A DNA stretch of 64,000 nt from NCBI GenBank assembly GCA_964016885.1, contig OZ024751.1, positions 4,464,001 to 4,528,000 on the forward strand, read 5' to 3'. Position 1 is the first letter of the stretch; the number at the start of each line of letters is the position of its first letter. Shown piece by piece: positions 13,688 through 29,700 of the stretch. Position numbers and translations under genes: made by a program. The notes beneath the pieces were generated by a model. That model saw only the letters and a program-made list of their open reading frames with translations. It did no database searches and had not been told where the DNA came from. The stretch is from Eledone cirrhosa. Lineage: Eukaryota.

Positions 13688-16600
13688 TTGCAATGCAAAC
13701 ATTTGTATACTTGTAACAGTGTTTATTCCTATCATGTATTCATTTGTATTACAGGGCTCAGAAATATCCCTTTCTTTGGGCTATTTAATTGTAAAAGACT
13801 ATTTGAATTTATAACTCTATATATAATATTCTCGGCTCCATGTGTTGAGCTAATTTTTAGTCCCATAAAACCGGCTGCTATTTTTAGCGGCACGAGAATA
13901 GGACGTGCTAGACGACGCTGGGATACATGTGCGTTCAACAACACATTTATCTCAGTCTTCCTAAGTATTTTGAAGTGAAACTTACCAATTTCTGTCTACC
14001 TGCAGAAGAGCACAGGAATAGGAAATTTCACATAATTGTTGCGAAACAAATTTAAAGTTTAAAATTTAAAATTTAAATTTGTCCAGGTATCATGGCTATT
14101 GCCAATATAGGTTTGTTTTTATTGATTTATTTTTTAAAATCGAGACAGGCAAACCGTATTATTTTAATTAGTATTTTTCAATCTAGCTAACTTGGTCATT
14201 TGCAATGCAAACACTTGTATACTTGTATCAGTGTTTATCCCTATCATATATTCATTTGTATTACACGGCTCAGAAATATCCCTTTCTTTGAGCTATTTAA
14301 TTGTAAAAGACTATTTGAGTTTATAACTCTATATATAATATTCTCGGCTCCATGCGTTGGGCTAATATTTAGTCCCATAAAACCGGCTGCTATTTTTAGC
14401 GGCACGAGTATAGGACGTGCTACAAACTGGTATATATGTGCGTTCAACAACACATTTATCTCAGTCTTCCTAAGTATTTTGAAGTGAAACTTACCAATTT
14501 CTGGATACCTGCAGAAGAGCACAGGAATAGGAAATTTTACATAATTGTTGCGAAACAAATTTAAAGTTTAAAATTTAAAATTTAAATTTGTCCAGGTAAC
14601 ATGGCTGTTGCCAATATAGGTTTGTTTTTATTGATTTATTATTTTAAATCGAGACAGGCAAACCGTATTAATTTAATTATTATTTTTCAATCTAGCTAAC
14701 TTGGTCATTTGCAATGCAAACACTTGTATACTTGTAACAGTGTTTATCCCTATCATATATTCATTTGTATTACACGGCTCAGAAATATCCCTTTCTTTCA
14801 GCTATTTAATTGTAAAAGACTATTTGAGTTTATAACTCTATATATAATATTCTCGGCTCTATGCGTTGAGCTAATTTTTAGTCCCATAAAACCGGCTGCT
14901 ATTTTTAGCGGCACGAGTATAGGACGTGCTAGACGACGCTGGGATACATGTGCGTTCAACAACGTATTTATCTCAGTCTTCCTAAGTATTTTGAAGTGAA
15001 GCTTACCTATTTCTGGATACCTGCAGAAGAGCACAGGAATAGGAAATATCACTTAATTGTTGCGAAACAAATTTAAAGTTTAAAATTTAAAATTTAAATT
15101 TTTCCAGATATCACTGCTATTGCCAATATAGATTTGTTTTTATTGATTTATTATTTTAAATCGAGACAGGCAAACAGTATTATTTTAATTAGTATTTTTC
15201 AATCTAGCTAACTTGGTCATTTGCAATGCAAACACTTGTATACTTGTATCAGTGTTTATCCCTATCATATATTCATTTGTATTACACGGCTCAGAAATAT
15301 CCCTTTCTTTGAGCTATTTAATTGTAAAAGACTATTTGAGTTTATAACTCTATATATAATATTCTCGGCTCCATGCGTTGAGCTCATTGTTAGTCCCATA
15401 AAACCGGCTGCTATTTATAGCGGCACGAGTATAGGACGTGCTAGACGACGCTGGGATACATGTGCGTTCAACAAGACATTTATCTCAGTCTTCCTAAGTA
15501 TTTTGTAGTGAAACTTACCAATTTCCGTCTACCTGCAGACGAGCACAGGAATTGGAAATTTCACTTAATTGTTGCCAAACAAATTTAAAGTTCAAAATTT
15601 AAAATTTAAATTTGTCTAGGTTTCACGGCTATTCCAAATATAGGTTTGTTTTTATTGATTTATTATTTTAAATCGAGACAGGCAAACAGTATTATTTTAA
15701 TTAGTATTTTTCAATCTAGCTAACTTGGTCATTTGCAATGCAAACACTTGTATACTTGTAACAGTGTTTATTCCTATCATGTATTCATTTGTATTACAGG
15801 GCTCAGAAATATCCCTTTCTTTGGGCTATTTAATTGTAAAAGACTATTTGAATTTATAACTCTATATATAATATTCTCGGCTCCATGTGTTGAGCTAATT
15901 TTTAGTCCCATAAAACCGGCTGCTATTTTTAGCGGCACGAGAATAGGACGTGCTAGACGACGCTGGGATACATGTGCGTTCAACAACACATTTATCTCAG
16001 TCTTCCTAAGTATTTTGAAGTGAAACTTACCAATTTCTGTCTACCTGCAGAAGAGCACAGGAATAGGAAATTTCACATAATTGTTGCGAAACAAATTTAA
16101 AGTTTAAAATTTAAAATTTAAATTTGTCCAGGTATCATGGCTATTGCCAATATAGGTTTGTTTTTATTGATTTATTTTTTAAAATCGAGACAGGCAAACC
16201 GTATTATTTTAATTAGTATTTTTCAATCTAGCTAACTTGGTCATTTGCAATGCAAACACTTGTATACTTGTATCAGTGTTTATCCCTATCATATATTCAT
16301 TTGTATTACACGGCTCAGAAATATCCCTTTCTTTGAGCTATTTAATTGTAAAAGACTATTTGAGTTTATAACTCTATATATAATATTCTCGGCTCCATGC
16401 GTTGGGCTAATATTTAGTCCCATAAAACCGGCTGCTATTTTTAGCGGCACGAGTATAGGACGTGCTACAAACTGGTATATATGTGCGTTCAACAACACAT
16501 TTATCTCAGTCTTCCTAAGTATTTTGAAGTGAAACTTACCAATTTCTGGATACCTGCAGAAGAGCACAGGAATAGGAAATTTTACATAATTGTTGCGAAA

Positions 16601-17775
16601 CAAATTTAAAGTTTAAAATTTAAAATTTAAATTTGTCCAGGTAACATGGCTATTGCCAATATAGGTTTGTTTTTATTGATTTATTATTTTAAATCGAGAC
16701 AGGCAAACCGTATTAATTTAATTATTATTTTTCAATCTAGCTAACTTGGTCATTTGCAATGTATACTTGTATACTTGTAACAGTGTTTATCCCTATCATA
16801 TATTCATTTGTATTACACGGCTCAGAAATATCCCTTTCTTTCAGCTATTTAATTGTAAAAGACTATTTGAGTTTATAACTCTATATATAATATTCTCGGC
16901 TCTATGCGTTGAGCTAATTTTTAGTCCCATAAAACCGGCTGCTATTTTTAGCGGCACGAGTATAGGACGTGCTAGACGACGCTGGGATACATGTGCGTTC
17001 AACAACGTATTTATCTCAGTCTTCCTAAGTATTTTGAAGTGAAGCTTACCTATTTCTGGATACCTGCAGAAGAGCACAGGAATAGGAAATATCACTTAAT
17101 TGTTGCGAAACAAATTTAAAGTTTAAAATTTAAAATTTAAATTTTTCCAGATATCACTGCTATTGCCAATATAGATTTGTTTTTATTGATTTATTATTTT
17201 AAATCGAGACAGGCAAACAGTATTATTTTAATTAGTATTTTTCAATCTAGCTAACTTGGTCATTTGCAATGCAAACACTTGTATACTTGTATCAGTGTTT
17301 ATCCCTATCATATATTCATTTGTATTACACGGCTCAGAAATATCCCTTTCTTTGAGCTATTTAATTGTAAAAGACTATTTGAGTTTATAACTCTATATAT
17401 AATATTCTCGGCTCCATGCGTTGAGCTCATTGTTAGTCCCATAAAACCGGCTGCTATTTATAGCGGCACGAGTATAGGACGTGCTAGACGACGCTGGGAT
17501 ACATGTGCGTTCAACAAGACATTTATCTCAGTCTTCCTAAGTATTTTGTAGTGAAACTTACCAATTTCCGTCTACCTGCAGACGAGCACAGGAATTGGAA
17601 ATTTCACTTAATTGTTGCCAAACAAATTTAAAGTTCAAAATTTAAAATTTAAATTTGTCTAGGTTTCACGGCTATTCCAAATATAGGTTTGTTTTTATTG
17701 ATTTATTATTTTAAAACGAGACAGTCAAACCGTATTATTTTAATTAGTATTTTTCTATCTAGCTAACTTGGTTAT
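13688..17775. repeat. 4-monomer higher-order repeat, period about 2045 bp, 2 copies
   Basis: Variant monomers recur at 13688/15733, 14200/16245 and 15221/17264. Confidence 0.85.
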
Positions 17776-20700
17776 TTGCAATGCAAACACTTGTATACTT
17801 GCATCAGTGTTTATCCCTATCATATATTCATTTGTATTACAGGGCTCAGAAATATCCCTTTCTTTGAGCTATTTAATTGTAAAAGACTATTTGAGTTTAT
17901 AACTCTATATATAATATTCTCGGCTCCATGCGCTGAGCTAATTTTTAGTCCCATAAAACCGGCTGCTATTTTTAACGGCACGAGAATAGGACGTGCCAGA
18001 CGACGCTGGGATACATGTGCGTTCAACAACACATTTATCTCAGTCTTCCTAAGTATTTTGAAGTGAAACTTACCAATTTCTGTCTACCTGCAGAAGAGCA
18101 CAGGAATAGGAAATTTCACATAATTGTTGCGAAACAAATTTAAAGTTTAAAATTTAAAATTTAAATTTGTCCAGGTATCATGGCTATTGCCAATATAGGT
18201 TTGTTTTTATTGATTTATTATTTTAAATCGAGACAGGCAAACCGTATTAATTTAATTATTATTTTTCAATCTAGCTAACTTGGTCATTTTCAATGCAAAC
18301 ACTTGTATACTTGTATCAGTGTTTATCCCTATCATATATTCATTTGTATTACACGGCTCAGAATGATCCCTTTCTTTGAGCTATTTAATTGTAAAAGACT
18401 ATTTGAGTTTATAACTCTATATATAATATTCTCGGCTCCATGCGTTGGGCTAATATTTAGTCCCATAAAACCGGCTGCTATTTTTAGCGGCACGAGTATA
18501 GGACGTGCTACAAACTGGTATATATGTGCGTTCAACAACACATTTATCTCAGTCTTCCTAAGTATTTTGAAGTGAAACTTACCAATTTCTGGATACCTGC
18601 AGAAGAGCACAGGAATAGGAAATTTCACTTAATTGTTGCGAAACAAATTTAAAGTTTAAAATTTAAAATTTAAATTTGTCCAGGTATCACGGCTATTGCC
18701 AATATAGGTTTGTTTTTACTGATTTATTATTTTAAATCGAGACAGGCAAACCGTATTATTTTAATTAGTATTTTTCAATCTAGCTAACTTGGTCATGTGC
18801 AATGCGAACACTTGTATAATTGTATCAGTGTTTATCCCTATCATATATTCATTTGTATTACACGGCTCAGAAATATCCCTTTCTTGAGCTATTTAATTGT
18901 AAAAGACTATTTGAGTTTATAACTCTATATATAATATTCTCGGCTCCATGCGTTGGGCTAATATTTAGTCCCATAAAACCGGCTGCTATTTTTAGCGGCA
19001 CGAGTATAGGACGTGCTACAAACTGGTATATATGTGCGTTCAACAACACATTTATCTCAGTCTTCCTAAGTATTTTGAAGTGAAACTTACCAATTTCTGT
19101 ATACCTGCAGAGGTACACAGGAATAGGAAATTTCACTTAATTGTTACGAAACCAATGTAACGTTTAAAATTTAAAATTTAAATTTGTCCAGGTATCACGG
19201 CTATTGCCAATATAGGTTTGTTGTTATTGATTTATTATTTTAAATCGAGACAGGAAAAACCGTATTATTTTAATTAGTATTTTTCACTCTATCTAACTTG
19301 TTCATTTACAATGCAAACACTTGTATACTTGTATCAGTGTTTATCCCTATCATATATTCATTTGTATTACACGGTTCAAAAATATCCCTTTCTTTGAGCT
19401 ATTTAATTGTAAAAGACTATTTGAGTTTATAACTCTATATATAATATTCTCGGCTCCATGCGTTGGGCTAATATTTAGTCCCATAAAACCGGCTGCTATT
19501 TTTAGCGGCCCGAGTATAGGACGTGCTACAAACAGGGATATATGTGCGTTCAACAACACATTTATCGCAGTCTTCCTAAGTATTTTGAAGTGAAACTTAC
19601 CAATTACTGGATACCTGCAGAAGAGCACAGGAATAGGAAATTTCACTTAATTGTTGCGAAACAAATTTAACGTTTAAAATTTAAAATTTAAATTTGTCCA
19701 GGTATCACGGCCATTGCCAATATAGGTTAGTTTTTATTCATTTATTTTTTAAAATCGAGACAGGCAAACCGTATTATTTTAATTAGTATTTTTCACTCTA
19801 GCTAACTTGGTCATTTGCAATGCAAACACTTGTATACTTGTATCAGTGTTTATCCCTATCATATATTCATTTGTATTACACGGCTCAGAAATATCCCTTT
19901 CTTTGAGCTATTTAATTGTAAAATACTATTTGAGTTTATAACTCTATATATAATATTCTCGGCTCCATGCGTTGGGCTAATATTTAGTCCCATAAAACCG
20001 GCTGCTATTTTTAGCGGCACGAGTATAGGACGTGCTACAAACTGGGATATATGTGCGTTCAACAACACATTTATCGCAGTCTTCCTAAGTATTTTGAAGT
20101 GAAACTTACCAATTTCTGGATACTTGCAGAAGAGCACAGGAATAGGAAATTTCACTTAATTGTTGCGAAACAAATTTAAAGTTTAAAATTTAAAATTTAA
20201 ATTTGTCCAGGTATCACGGCTATTGCCAATATAGTTTTGTTTTTATTGATTTATTATTTTAAATCGAGACAGGCAAACCGTATTATTTTAATTAGTATTT
20301 TTCAATCTAGCTAACTTGGTCATGTGCAATGCAAACACTTGTATACTTGTATCAGTGTTTATCCCTATCATATATTCATTTGTATTACACGGCTCAGAAA
20401 TATCCCTTTCTTTGAGCTATTTAATTGTAAAAGACTATTTGAGTTTATAACTCTATATATAATATTCTCGGCTCCATGCGTTGGGCTAATATTTAGTCCC
20501 ATAAAACCGGCTGCTATTTTTAGCGGCACGAGAATAGGACGTGCTAGACGACGCTGGGATACATGTGCGTTCAACAACACATTTATCTCAGTCTTCCTAA
20601 GTATTTTGAAGTGAAACTTACCAATTTCTGGATACCTGCAGAAGAGCACAGGAATAGGAAATTCCACATAATTATTGCGAAACAAATTTAAAGTTTAAAA

Positions 20701-23700
20701 TTTAAAATTTAAATTTGTCCCGGTATCATGGCTATTGCCAATATAGGTTTGTTTTTATTGATTTATTATTTTAAATCGAGACAGGCAAACAGTATTATTT
20801 TAATTAGTATTTTTCAATCTAGCTAACTTGGTCATGTGCAATGCAAACACTTGTATACTTGTATCAGTGTTTATCCCTATCATATATTCATTTGTATTAC
20901 ACGGCTCAGAAATATCCCTTTCTTTGAGCTATTTAATTGTAAAAGACTATTTGAGTTTATAACTCTATATATAATATTCTCGGCTCCATGCGTTGGGCTA
21001 ATATTTAGTCCCATAAAACCGGCTGCTATTTTTAGCGGCACGAGTATAGGACGTGCTACAAACTGGTATATATGTGCGTTCAACAACACATTTATCTCAG
21101 TCTTCCTAAGTATTTTGAAGTGAAACTTACCAATTTCTGGATACCTGCAGAAGAGCACAGGAATAGGAAATTTCACTTAATTGTTGCGAAACAAATTTAA
21201 AGTTTAAAATTTAAAATTTAAATTTGTCCAGGTATCACGGCTATTGCCAATATAGGTTTGTTTTTACTGATTTATTATTTTAAATCGAGACAGGCAAACC
21301 GTATTATTTTAATTAGTATTTTTCAATCTAGCTAACTTGGTCATGTGCAATGCGAACACTTGTATAATTGTATCAGTGTTTATCCCTATCATATATGCAT
21401 TTGTATTACACGGCTCAGAAATATCCCTTTCTTGAGCTATTTAATTGTAAAAGACTATTTGAGTTTATAACTCTATATATAATATTCTCGGCTCCATGCG
21501 TTGGGCTAATATTTAGTCCCATAAAACCGGCTGCTATTTTTAGCGGCACGAGTATAGGACGTGCTACAAACTGGTATATATGTGCGTTCAACAACACATT
21601 TATCGCAGTCTTCCTAAGTATTTTGAAGTGAAACTTACCAATTTCTGGATACTTGCAGAAGAGCACAGGAATAGGAAATTTCACTTAATTGTTGCGAAAC
21701 AAATTTAAAGTTTAAAATTTAAAATTTAAATTTGTCCAGGTATCACGGCTATTGCCAATATAGTTTTGTTTTTATTGATTTATTATTTTAAATCGAGACA
21801 GGCAAACCGTATTATTTTAATTAGTATTTTTCAATCTAGCTAACTTGGTCATGTGCAATGCAAACACTTGTATACTTGTATCAGTGTTTATCCCTATCAT
21901 ATATTCATTTGTATTACACGGCTCAGAAATATCCCTTTCTTTGAGCTATTTAATTGTAAAAGACTATTTGAGTTTATAACTCTATATATAATATTCTCGG
22001 CTCCATGCGTTGGGCTAATATTTAGTCCCATAAAACCGGCTGCTATTTTTAGCGGCACGAGAATAGGACGTGCTAGACGACGCTGGGATACATGTGCGTT
22101 CAACAACACATTTATCTCAGTCTTCCTAAGTATTTTGAAGTGAAACTTACCAATTTCTGGATACCTGCAGAAGAGCACAGGAATAGGAAATTCCACATAA
22201 TTATTGCGAAACAAATTTAAAGTTTAAAATTTAAAATTTAAATTTGTCCCGGTATCATGGCTATTGCCAATATAGGTTTGTTTTTATTGATTTATTATTT
22301 TAAATCGAGACAGGCAAACCGTATTATTTTAATTAGTATTTTTCAATCTAGCTAACTTGGTCATGTGCAATGCAAACACTTGTATACTTGTATCAGTGTT
22401 TATCCCTATCATATATTCATTTGTATTACACGGCTCAGAAATATCCCTTTCTTTGAGCTATTTAATTGTAAAAGACTATTTGAGTTTATAACTCTATATA
22501 TAATATTCTCGGCTCCATGCGTTGGGCTAATATTTAGTCCCATAAAACCGGCTGCTATTTTTAGCGGCACGAGTATAGGACGTGCTACAAACTGGTATAT
22601 ATGTGCGTTCAACAACACATTTATCTCAGTCTTCCTAAGTATTTTGAAGTGAAACTTACCAATTTCTGGATACCTGCAGAAGAGCACAGGAATAGGAAAT
22701 TTCACTTAATTGTTGCGAAACAAATTTAAAGTTTAAAATTTAAAATTTAAATTTGTCCAGGTATCACGGCTATTGCCAATATAGGTTTGTTTTTACTGAT
22801 TTATTATTTTAAATCGAGACAGGCAAACCGTATTATTTTAATTAGTATTTTTCAATCTAGCTAACTTGGTCATGTGCAATGCGAACACTTGTATAATTGT
22901 ATCAGTGTTTATCCCTATCATATATGCATTTGTATTACACGGCTCAGAAATATCCCTTTCTTGAGCTATTTAATTGTAAAAGACTATTTGAGTTTATAAC
23001 TCTATATATAATATTCTCGGCTCCATGCGTTGGGCTAATATTTAGTCCCATAAAACCGGCTGCTATTTTTAGCGGCACGAGTATAGGACGTGCTACAAAC
23101 TGGTATATATGTGCGTTCAACAACACATTTATCTCAGTCTTCCTAAGTATTTTGAAGTGAAACTTACCAATTTCTGTATACCTGCAGAGGTACACAGGAA
23201 TAGGAAATTTCACTTAATTGTTACGAAACCAATGTAACGTTTAAAATTTAAAATTTAAATTTGTCCAGGTATCACGGCTATTGCCAATATAGGTTTGTTG
23301 TTATTGATTTATTATTTTAAATCGAGACAGGAAAAACCGTATTATTTTAATTAGTATTTTTCACTCTATCTAACTTGTTCATTTACAATGCAAACACTTG
23401 TATACTTGTATCAGTGTTTATCCCTATCATATATTCATTTGTATTACACGGTTCAAAAATATCCCTTTCTTTGAGCTATTTAATTGTAAAAGACTATTTG
23501 AGTTTATAACTCTATATATAATATTCTCGGCTCCATGCGTTGGGCTAATATTTAGTCCCATAAAACCGGCTGCTATTTTTAGCGGCCCGAGTATAGGACG
23601 TGCTACAAACAGGGATATATGTGCGTTCAACAACACATTTATCGCAGTCTTCCTAAGTATTTTGAAGTGAAACTTACCAATTACTGGATACCTGCAGAAG

Positions 23701-26700
23701 AGCACAGGAATAGGAAATTTCACTTAATTGTTGCGAAACAAATTTAACGTTTAAAATTTAAAATTTAAATTTGTCCAGGTATCACGGCCATTGCCAATAT
23801 AGGTTAGTTTTTATTGATTTATTATTTTAAATCGAGACAGGCAAACCGCATTATTTTAATTAGTATTTTTCAATCTAGCTAACTTGTTCATGTGCAATGC
23901 AAACACTTGTATACTTGAATCAGTGTTTATCCCTATCATATATTCATTTGTATTACACGGCTCAGAAATATACCTTACTTTGAGCGATTTAATTGTAAAA
24001 GACTATTTGATTTTATAAGTCTCTATATAATATTCTCGGCTCCATGCGTTGATAGCTAATTTTTAGTCCCATAAAATCGGCTGCTATTTTTAGCGGCACG
24101 AGTATAGGACGTGCTAGACGCTGGGATACATGTGCGTTCAACAACACATTAATCTCAGTCTTCCTAAGTATTTTGAAGTGAAACTTACCAATTTCTGGAT
24201 ACCTGCAGAAGAGCACAGGAATAGGAAATTTCACTTAATTGTTGCGAAACAAATTTAAAGTTTAAAATTTAAAATTTAAATTTGTACAGGTATCACGGCC
24301 ATTGCCAATATAGGTTAGTTTTTATTCATTTATTTTTTTAAATCGAGACAGGCAAACTGTATTATTTTAATTAGTATTTTTCAATCTAGCTAACTTGGTC
24401 ATTTCAAATGCAAACACTTGTGTACCTGTATCAGTGTTTATCCCTATCTTATATTCATTTGTATTACACGGCTCAGAAATATCCCTTTCTTTGAGCTATT
24501 TAATTGTAAAAGACTATTTGAGTTTATAACTCTATATATAATATTCTCGGCTCCATGCGTTGGACTAATATTTAGTCCCATAAAACCGGCTGCTATTTTT
24601 ACCGGCACGAGTATAGGACGTGCTACAAACTGAGATATATGTGCGTTCAACAACACATTAATCGCAGTCTCCCTAAGTATTTTGAAGTGAAACTTACCAA
24701 TTTCTGGATACCTGAAGAAGAGCACAGGAATAGGAAATTTCACTTAATTGTTGCGAAACAAATTTAAAGTTTAAAATTTAAAATTTAAATTTGTACAGGT
24801 ATCACGGTTATTGCCAATATAGTTTTGTTTTTATTGAATTATTTTTTTAAATCGAGACAGGCAAACCGTATTATTCTAATTAGTATTTTTCAATCTAGCT
24901 AACTTGTTCATTTACAATGCAAACACTTGTATACTTGTATCAGTGTTTATCCCTATCATATATTCATTTGTATTACACGGCTCAGAAATATACCTTACTT
25001 TGAGCGATTTAATTGTAAAAGACTATTTGATTTTATAAGTCTCTATATAATGTTCTCGGCTCCATGCGTTGATAGCTAATTTTTAGTCCCATAAAATCGG
25101 CTGCTATTTTTACCGGCACGAGTATAGGACGTGCTACAAACTGGGATATATGTGCATTCAACAACACATTTATCGCAGTCTTCCTAAGTATTTTGAACTG
25201 AAACTTACCAATTTCTGGATACCTGCAGAAGAGCACAGGAATAGGAAATTTCACTTAATTGTTGCGAAACAAATTTAACGTTTAAAATTTAAAATTTAAA
25301 TTTGTCCAGGTATCACGGCCATTGCCAATATAGGTTAGTTTTTATTGATTTATTTTTTAAAATCGAGACAGGCAAACCGTATTATTTTAATTAGTATTTT
25401 TCAATCTAGCTAACTTGGTCATTTGCAATGCAAACACTTGTATACTTGTATCAGTGTTTATCCCTATCATATATTCATTTGTATTACACGGCTCAGAAAT
25501 ATCCCTTTCTTTGAGCTATTTAATTGTAAAAGACTATTTGAGTTTATAACTCTATATATAATATTCTCGGCTCCATGCGTTGGGCTAATATTTAGTCCCA
25601 TAAAACCGGCTGCTATTTTTAGCGGCACGAGTATAGGACGTGCTACAAACTGGTATATATGTGCGTTCAACAACACATTTATCTCAGTCTTCCTAAGTAT
25701 TTTGAAGTGAAACTTACCAATTTCTGGATACCTGCAGAAGAGCACAGGAATAGGAAATTTCACTTAATTGTTGCGAAACAAATTTAAAGTTTAAAATTTA
25801 AAATTTAAATTTGTCCAGGTATCACGGCTATTGCCAATATAGGTTTGTTTTTACTGATTTATTATTTTAAATCGAGACAGGCAAACCGTATTATTTTAAT
25901 TAGTATTTTTCAATCTAGCTAACTTGGTCATGTGCAATGCGAACACTTGTATAATTGTATCAGTGTTTATCCCTATCATATATTCATTTGTATTACACGG
26001 CTCAGAAATATCCCTTTCTTGAGCTATTTAATTGTAAAAGACTATTTGAGTTTATAACTCTATATATAATATTCTCGGCTCCATGCGTTGGGCTAATATT
26101 TAGTCCCATAAAACCGGCTGCTATTTTTAGCGGCACGAGTATAGGACGTGCTACAAACTGGTATATATGTGCGTTCAACAACACATTTATCTCAGTCTTC
26201 CTAATTATTTTGAAGTGAAACTTACCAATTTCTGGATACCTGCAGAAGAGCACAGGAATAGGAAATTTCACTTAATTGTTGCGAAACAAATTTAACGTTT
26301 AAAATTTAAAATTTAAATTTGTCCAGGTATCACGGCTATTGCCAATATAGGTTTGTTTTTATTGATTTATTATTTTAAATCGAGACAGGCAAACCGCATT
26401 ATTTTAATTAGTATTTTTCAATCTAGCTAACTTGTTCATGTGCAATGCAAACACTTGTATACTTGAATCAGTGTTTATCCCTATCATATATTCATTTGTA
26501 TTACACGGCTCAGAAATATACCTTACTTTGAGCGATTTAATTGTAAAAGACTATTTGATTTTATAAGTCTCTATATAATATTCTCGGCTCCATGCGTTGA
26601 TAGCTAATTTTTAGTCCCATAAAATCGGCTGCTATTTTTAGCGGCACGAGTATAGGACGTGCTAGACGCTGGGATACATGTGCGTTCAACAACACATTAA

Positions 26701-29700
26701 TCTCAGTCTTCCTAAGTATTTTGAAGTGAAACTTACCAATTTCTGGATACCTGCAGAAGAGCACAGGAATAGGAAATTTCACTTAATTGTTGCGAAACAA
26801 ATTTAAAGTTTAAAATTTAAAATTTAAATTTGTACAGGTATCACGGCCATTGCCAATATAGGTTAGTTTTTATTCATTTATTTTTTTAAATCGAGACAGG
26901 CAAACTGTATTATTTTAATTAGTATTTTTCAATCTAGCTAACTTGGTCATTTCAAATGCAAACACTTGTGTACCTGTATCAGTGTTTATCCCTATCTTAT
27001 ATTCATTTGTATTACACGGCTCAGAAATATCCCTTTCTTTGAGCTATTTAATTGTAAAAGACTATTTGAGTTTATAACTCTATATATAATATTCTCGGCT
27101 CCATGCGTTGGACTAATATTTAGTCCCATAAAACCGGCTGCTATTTTTACCGGCACGAGTATAGGACGTGCTACAAACTGAGATATATGTGCGTTCAACA
27201 ACACATTAATCGCAGTCTCCCTAAGTATTTTGAAGTGAAACTTACCAATTTCTGGATACCTGAAGAAGAGCACAGGAATAGGAAATTTCACTTAATTGTT
27301 GCGAAACAAATTTAACGTTTAAAATTTTAAATTTAAATTTGTCCAGGTATCACGGCCATTGCCAATATAGGTTAGTTTTTATTGATTTATTTTTTAAAAT
27401 CGAGACAGGCAAACCGTATTATTTTAATTAGTATTTTTCAATCTAGCTAACTTGGTCATTTGCAATGCGAACACTTGTATAATTGTATCAGTGTTTATCC
27501 CTATCATATATTCATTTGTATTACACGGCTCAGAAATATCCCTTTCTTTGAGCTATTTAATTGTAAAAGACTATTTGAGTTTATAACTCTATATAAAATA
27601 TTCTCGGCTCCATGCGTTGGGCTAATATTTAGTCCCATAAAACCGGCTGCTAATTTTAGCGGCACGAGTATAGGACGTGCTACAAACTGGTATATATGTG
27701 CGTTCAACAACACATTTATCTCAGTCTTCCTAAGTATTTTGAAGTGAAACTTACCAATTTCTGGATACCTGCAGAAGAGCACAGGAATAGGAAATTTCAC
27801 TTAATTGTTGCGAAACAAATTTAACGTTTAAAATTTAAAATTTAAATTTGTCCAGGTATCACGGCTATTGCCAATATAGGTTTGTTTTTATTGATTTATT
27901 ATTTTAAATCGAGACAGGCAAACCGCATTATTTTAATTAGTATTTTTCAATCTAGCTAACTTGTTCATGTGCAATGCAAACACTTGTATAATTGAATCAG
28001 TGTTTATCCCTATCATATATTCATTTGTATTACACGGCTCAGAAATATACCTTACTTTGAGCGATTTAATTGTAAAAGACTATTTGATTTTATAAGTCTC
28101 TATATAATGTTCTCGGCTCCATGCGTTGATAGCTAATTTTTAGTCCCATAAAATCGGCTGCTATTTTTAGCGGCACGAGTATAGGACGTACTACAAACTG
28201 GGATATATCTGCGTTCAACAACACATTTATCGCAGTCTTCCTAAGTATTTTGAAGTGAAACTTACCAATTTCTGGATACCTACAGAAGAGCACAGGAATA
28301 GGAAATTTCACTTAATTGTTGCGAAACAAATTTAAAGTTTAAAATTTAAAATTTAAATTTGTACAGGTATCACGGCCATTGCCAATATAGGTTAGTTTTT
28401 ATTCATTTATTTTTTAAAATCGAGACAGGCAAACCGTATTATTTTAATTAGTATTTTTTACTCTAGCTAACTTGGTCATTTGCAATGCAAACACTTGTAT
28501 ACTTGTATCAGTGTTTATCCCTATCATATATTCATTTGTATTACACGGCTCAGAAATATCCCTTTCCTTGAGCTATTTAATTGTAAAAGACTACTTGATT
28601 TTATAACTCTATATATAATATTCTCGGCTCCGTGCGTTGATAGCTAATTTTTAGTCCCATAAAACCGGCTGCTATTTTTAGCGGCACGAGTATAGGACGT
28701 GCTAGACGCTGGAATACATGTGCGTTCAACAACACATTTATCTCAGTCTTCCTAAGTATTTTGAAGTGAAACTTACCAATTTCTGGATACCTGCAGAAGA
28801 GCACAGGAATAGGAAATTTCACTTAATTGTTGCGAAACGAATTTAAAGTTTAAAATTTAAAATTTAAATTTATCCAGGTATCACGGCTATTGCCAATATA
28901 GTTTTGTTTTTATTGATTTATTATTTTAAATCGAGACAGGCAAACCGTATTATTTTAATTAGTATTTTTCAATCTAGCTAACTTGGTCATTTCAAATGCA
29001 AACACTTGTGTACCTGTATCAGTGTTTATCCCTATCTTATATTCATTTGTATAACACTGCTCAGAAATATCCCTTTCTTTGAGCTATTTAATTGTAAAAG
29101 ACTATTTGAGTTTATAACTCTATATATAATATTCTCGGCTCCATGCGTTGGACTAATATTTAGTCCCATAAAACCGGCTGCTATTTTTACCGGCACGAGT
29201 ATAGGACGTGCTACAAACTGAGATATATGTGCGTTCAACAACACATTAATCGCAGTCTCCCTAAGTATTTTGAAGTGAAACTTACCAATTTCTGGATACC
29301 TGAAGAAGAGCACAGGAATAGGAAATTTCACTTAATTGTTGCGAAACAAATTTAAAGTTTAAAATTTAAAATTTAAATTTATCCAGGTATCACGGCTATT
29401 GCCAATATAGTTTTGTTTTTATTGAATTATTTTTTTAAATCGAGACAGGCAAACCGTATTATTCTAATTAGTATTTTTCAATCTAGCTAACTTGTTCATT
29501 TACAATGCAAACACTTGTATACTTGTATCAGTGTTTATCCCTATCATATATTCATTTGTATTACACGGCTCAGAAATATACCTTACTTTGAGCGATTTAA
29601 TTGTAAAAGACTATTTGATTTTATAAGTCTCTATATAATGTTCTCGGCTCCATGCGTTGATAGCTAATTTTTAGTCCCATAAAATCGGCTGCTATTTTTA

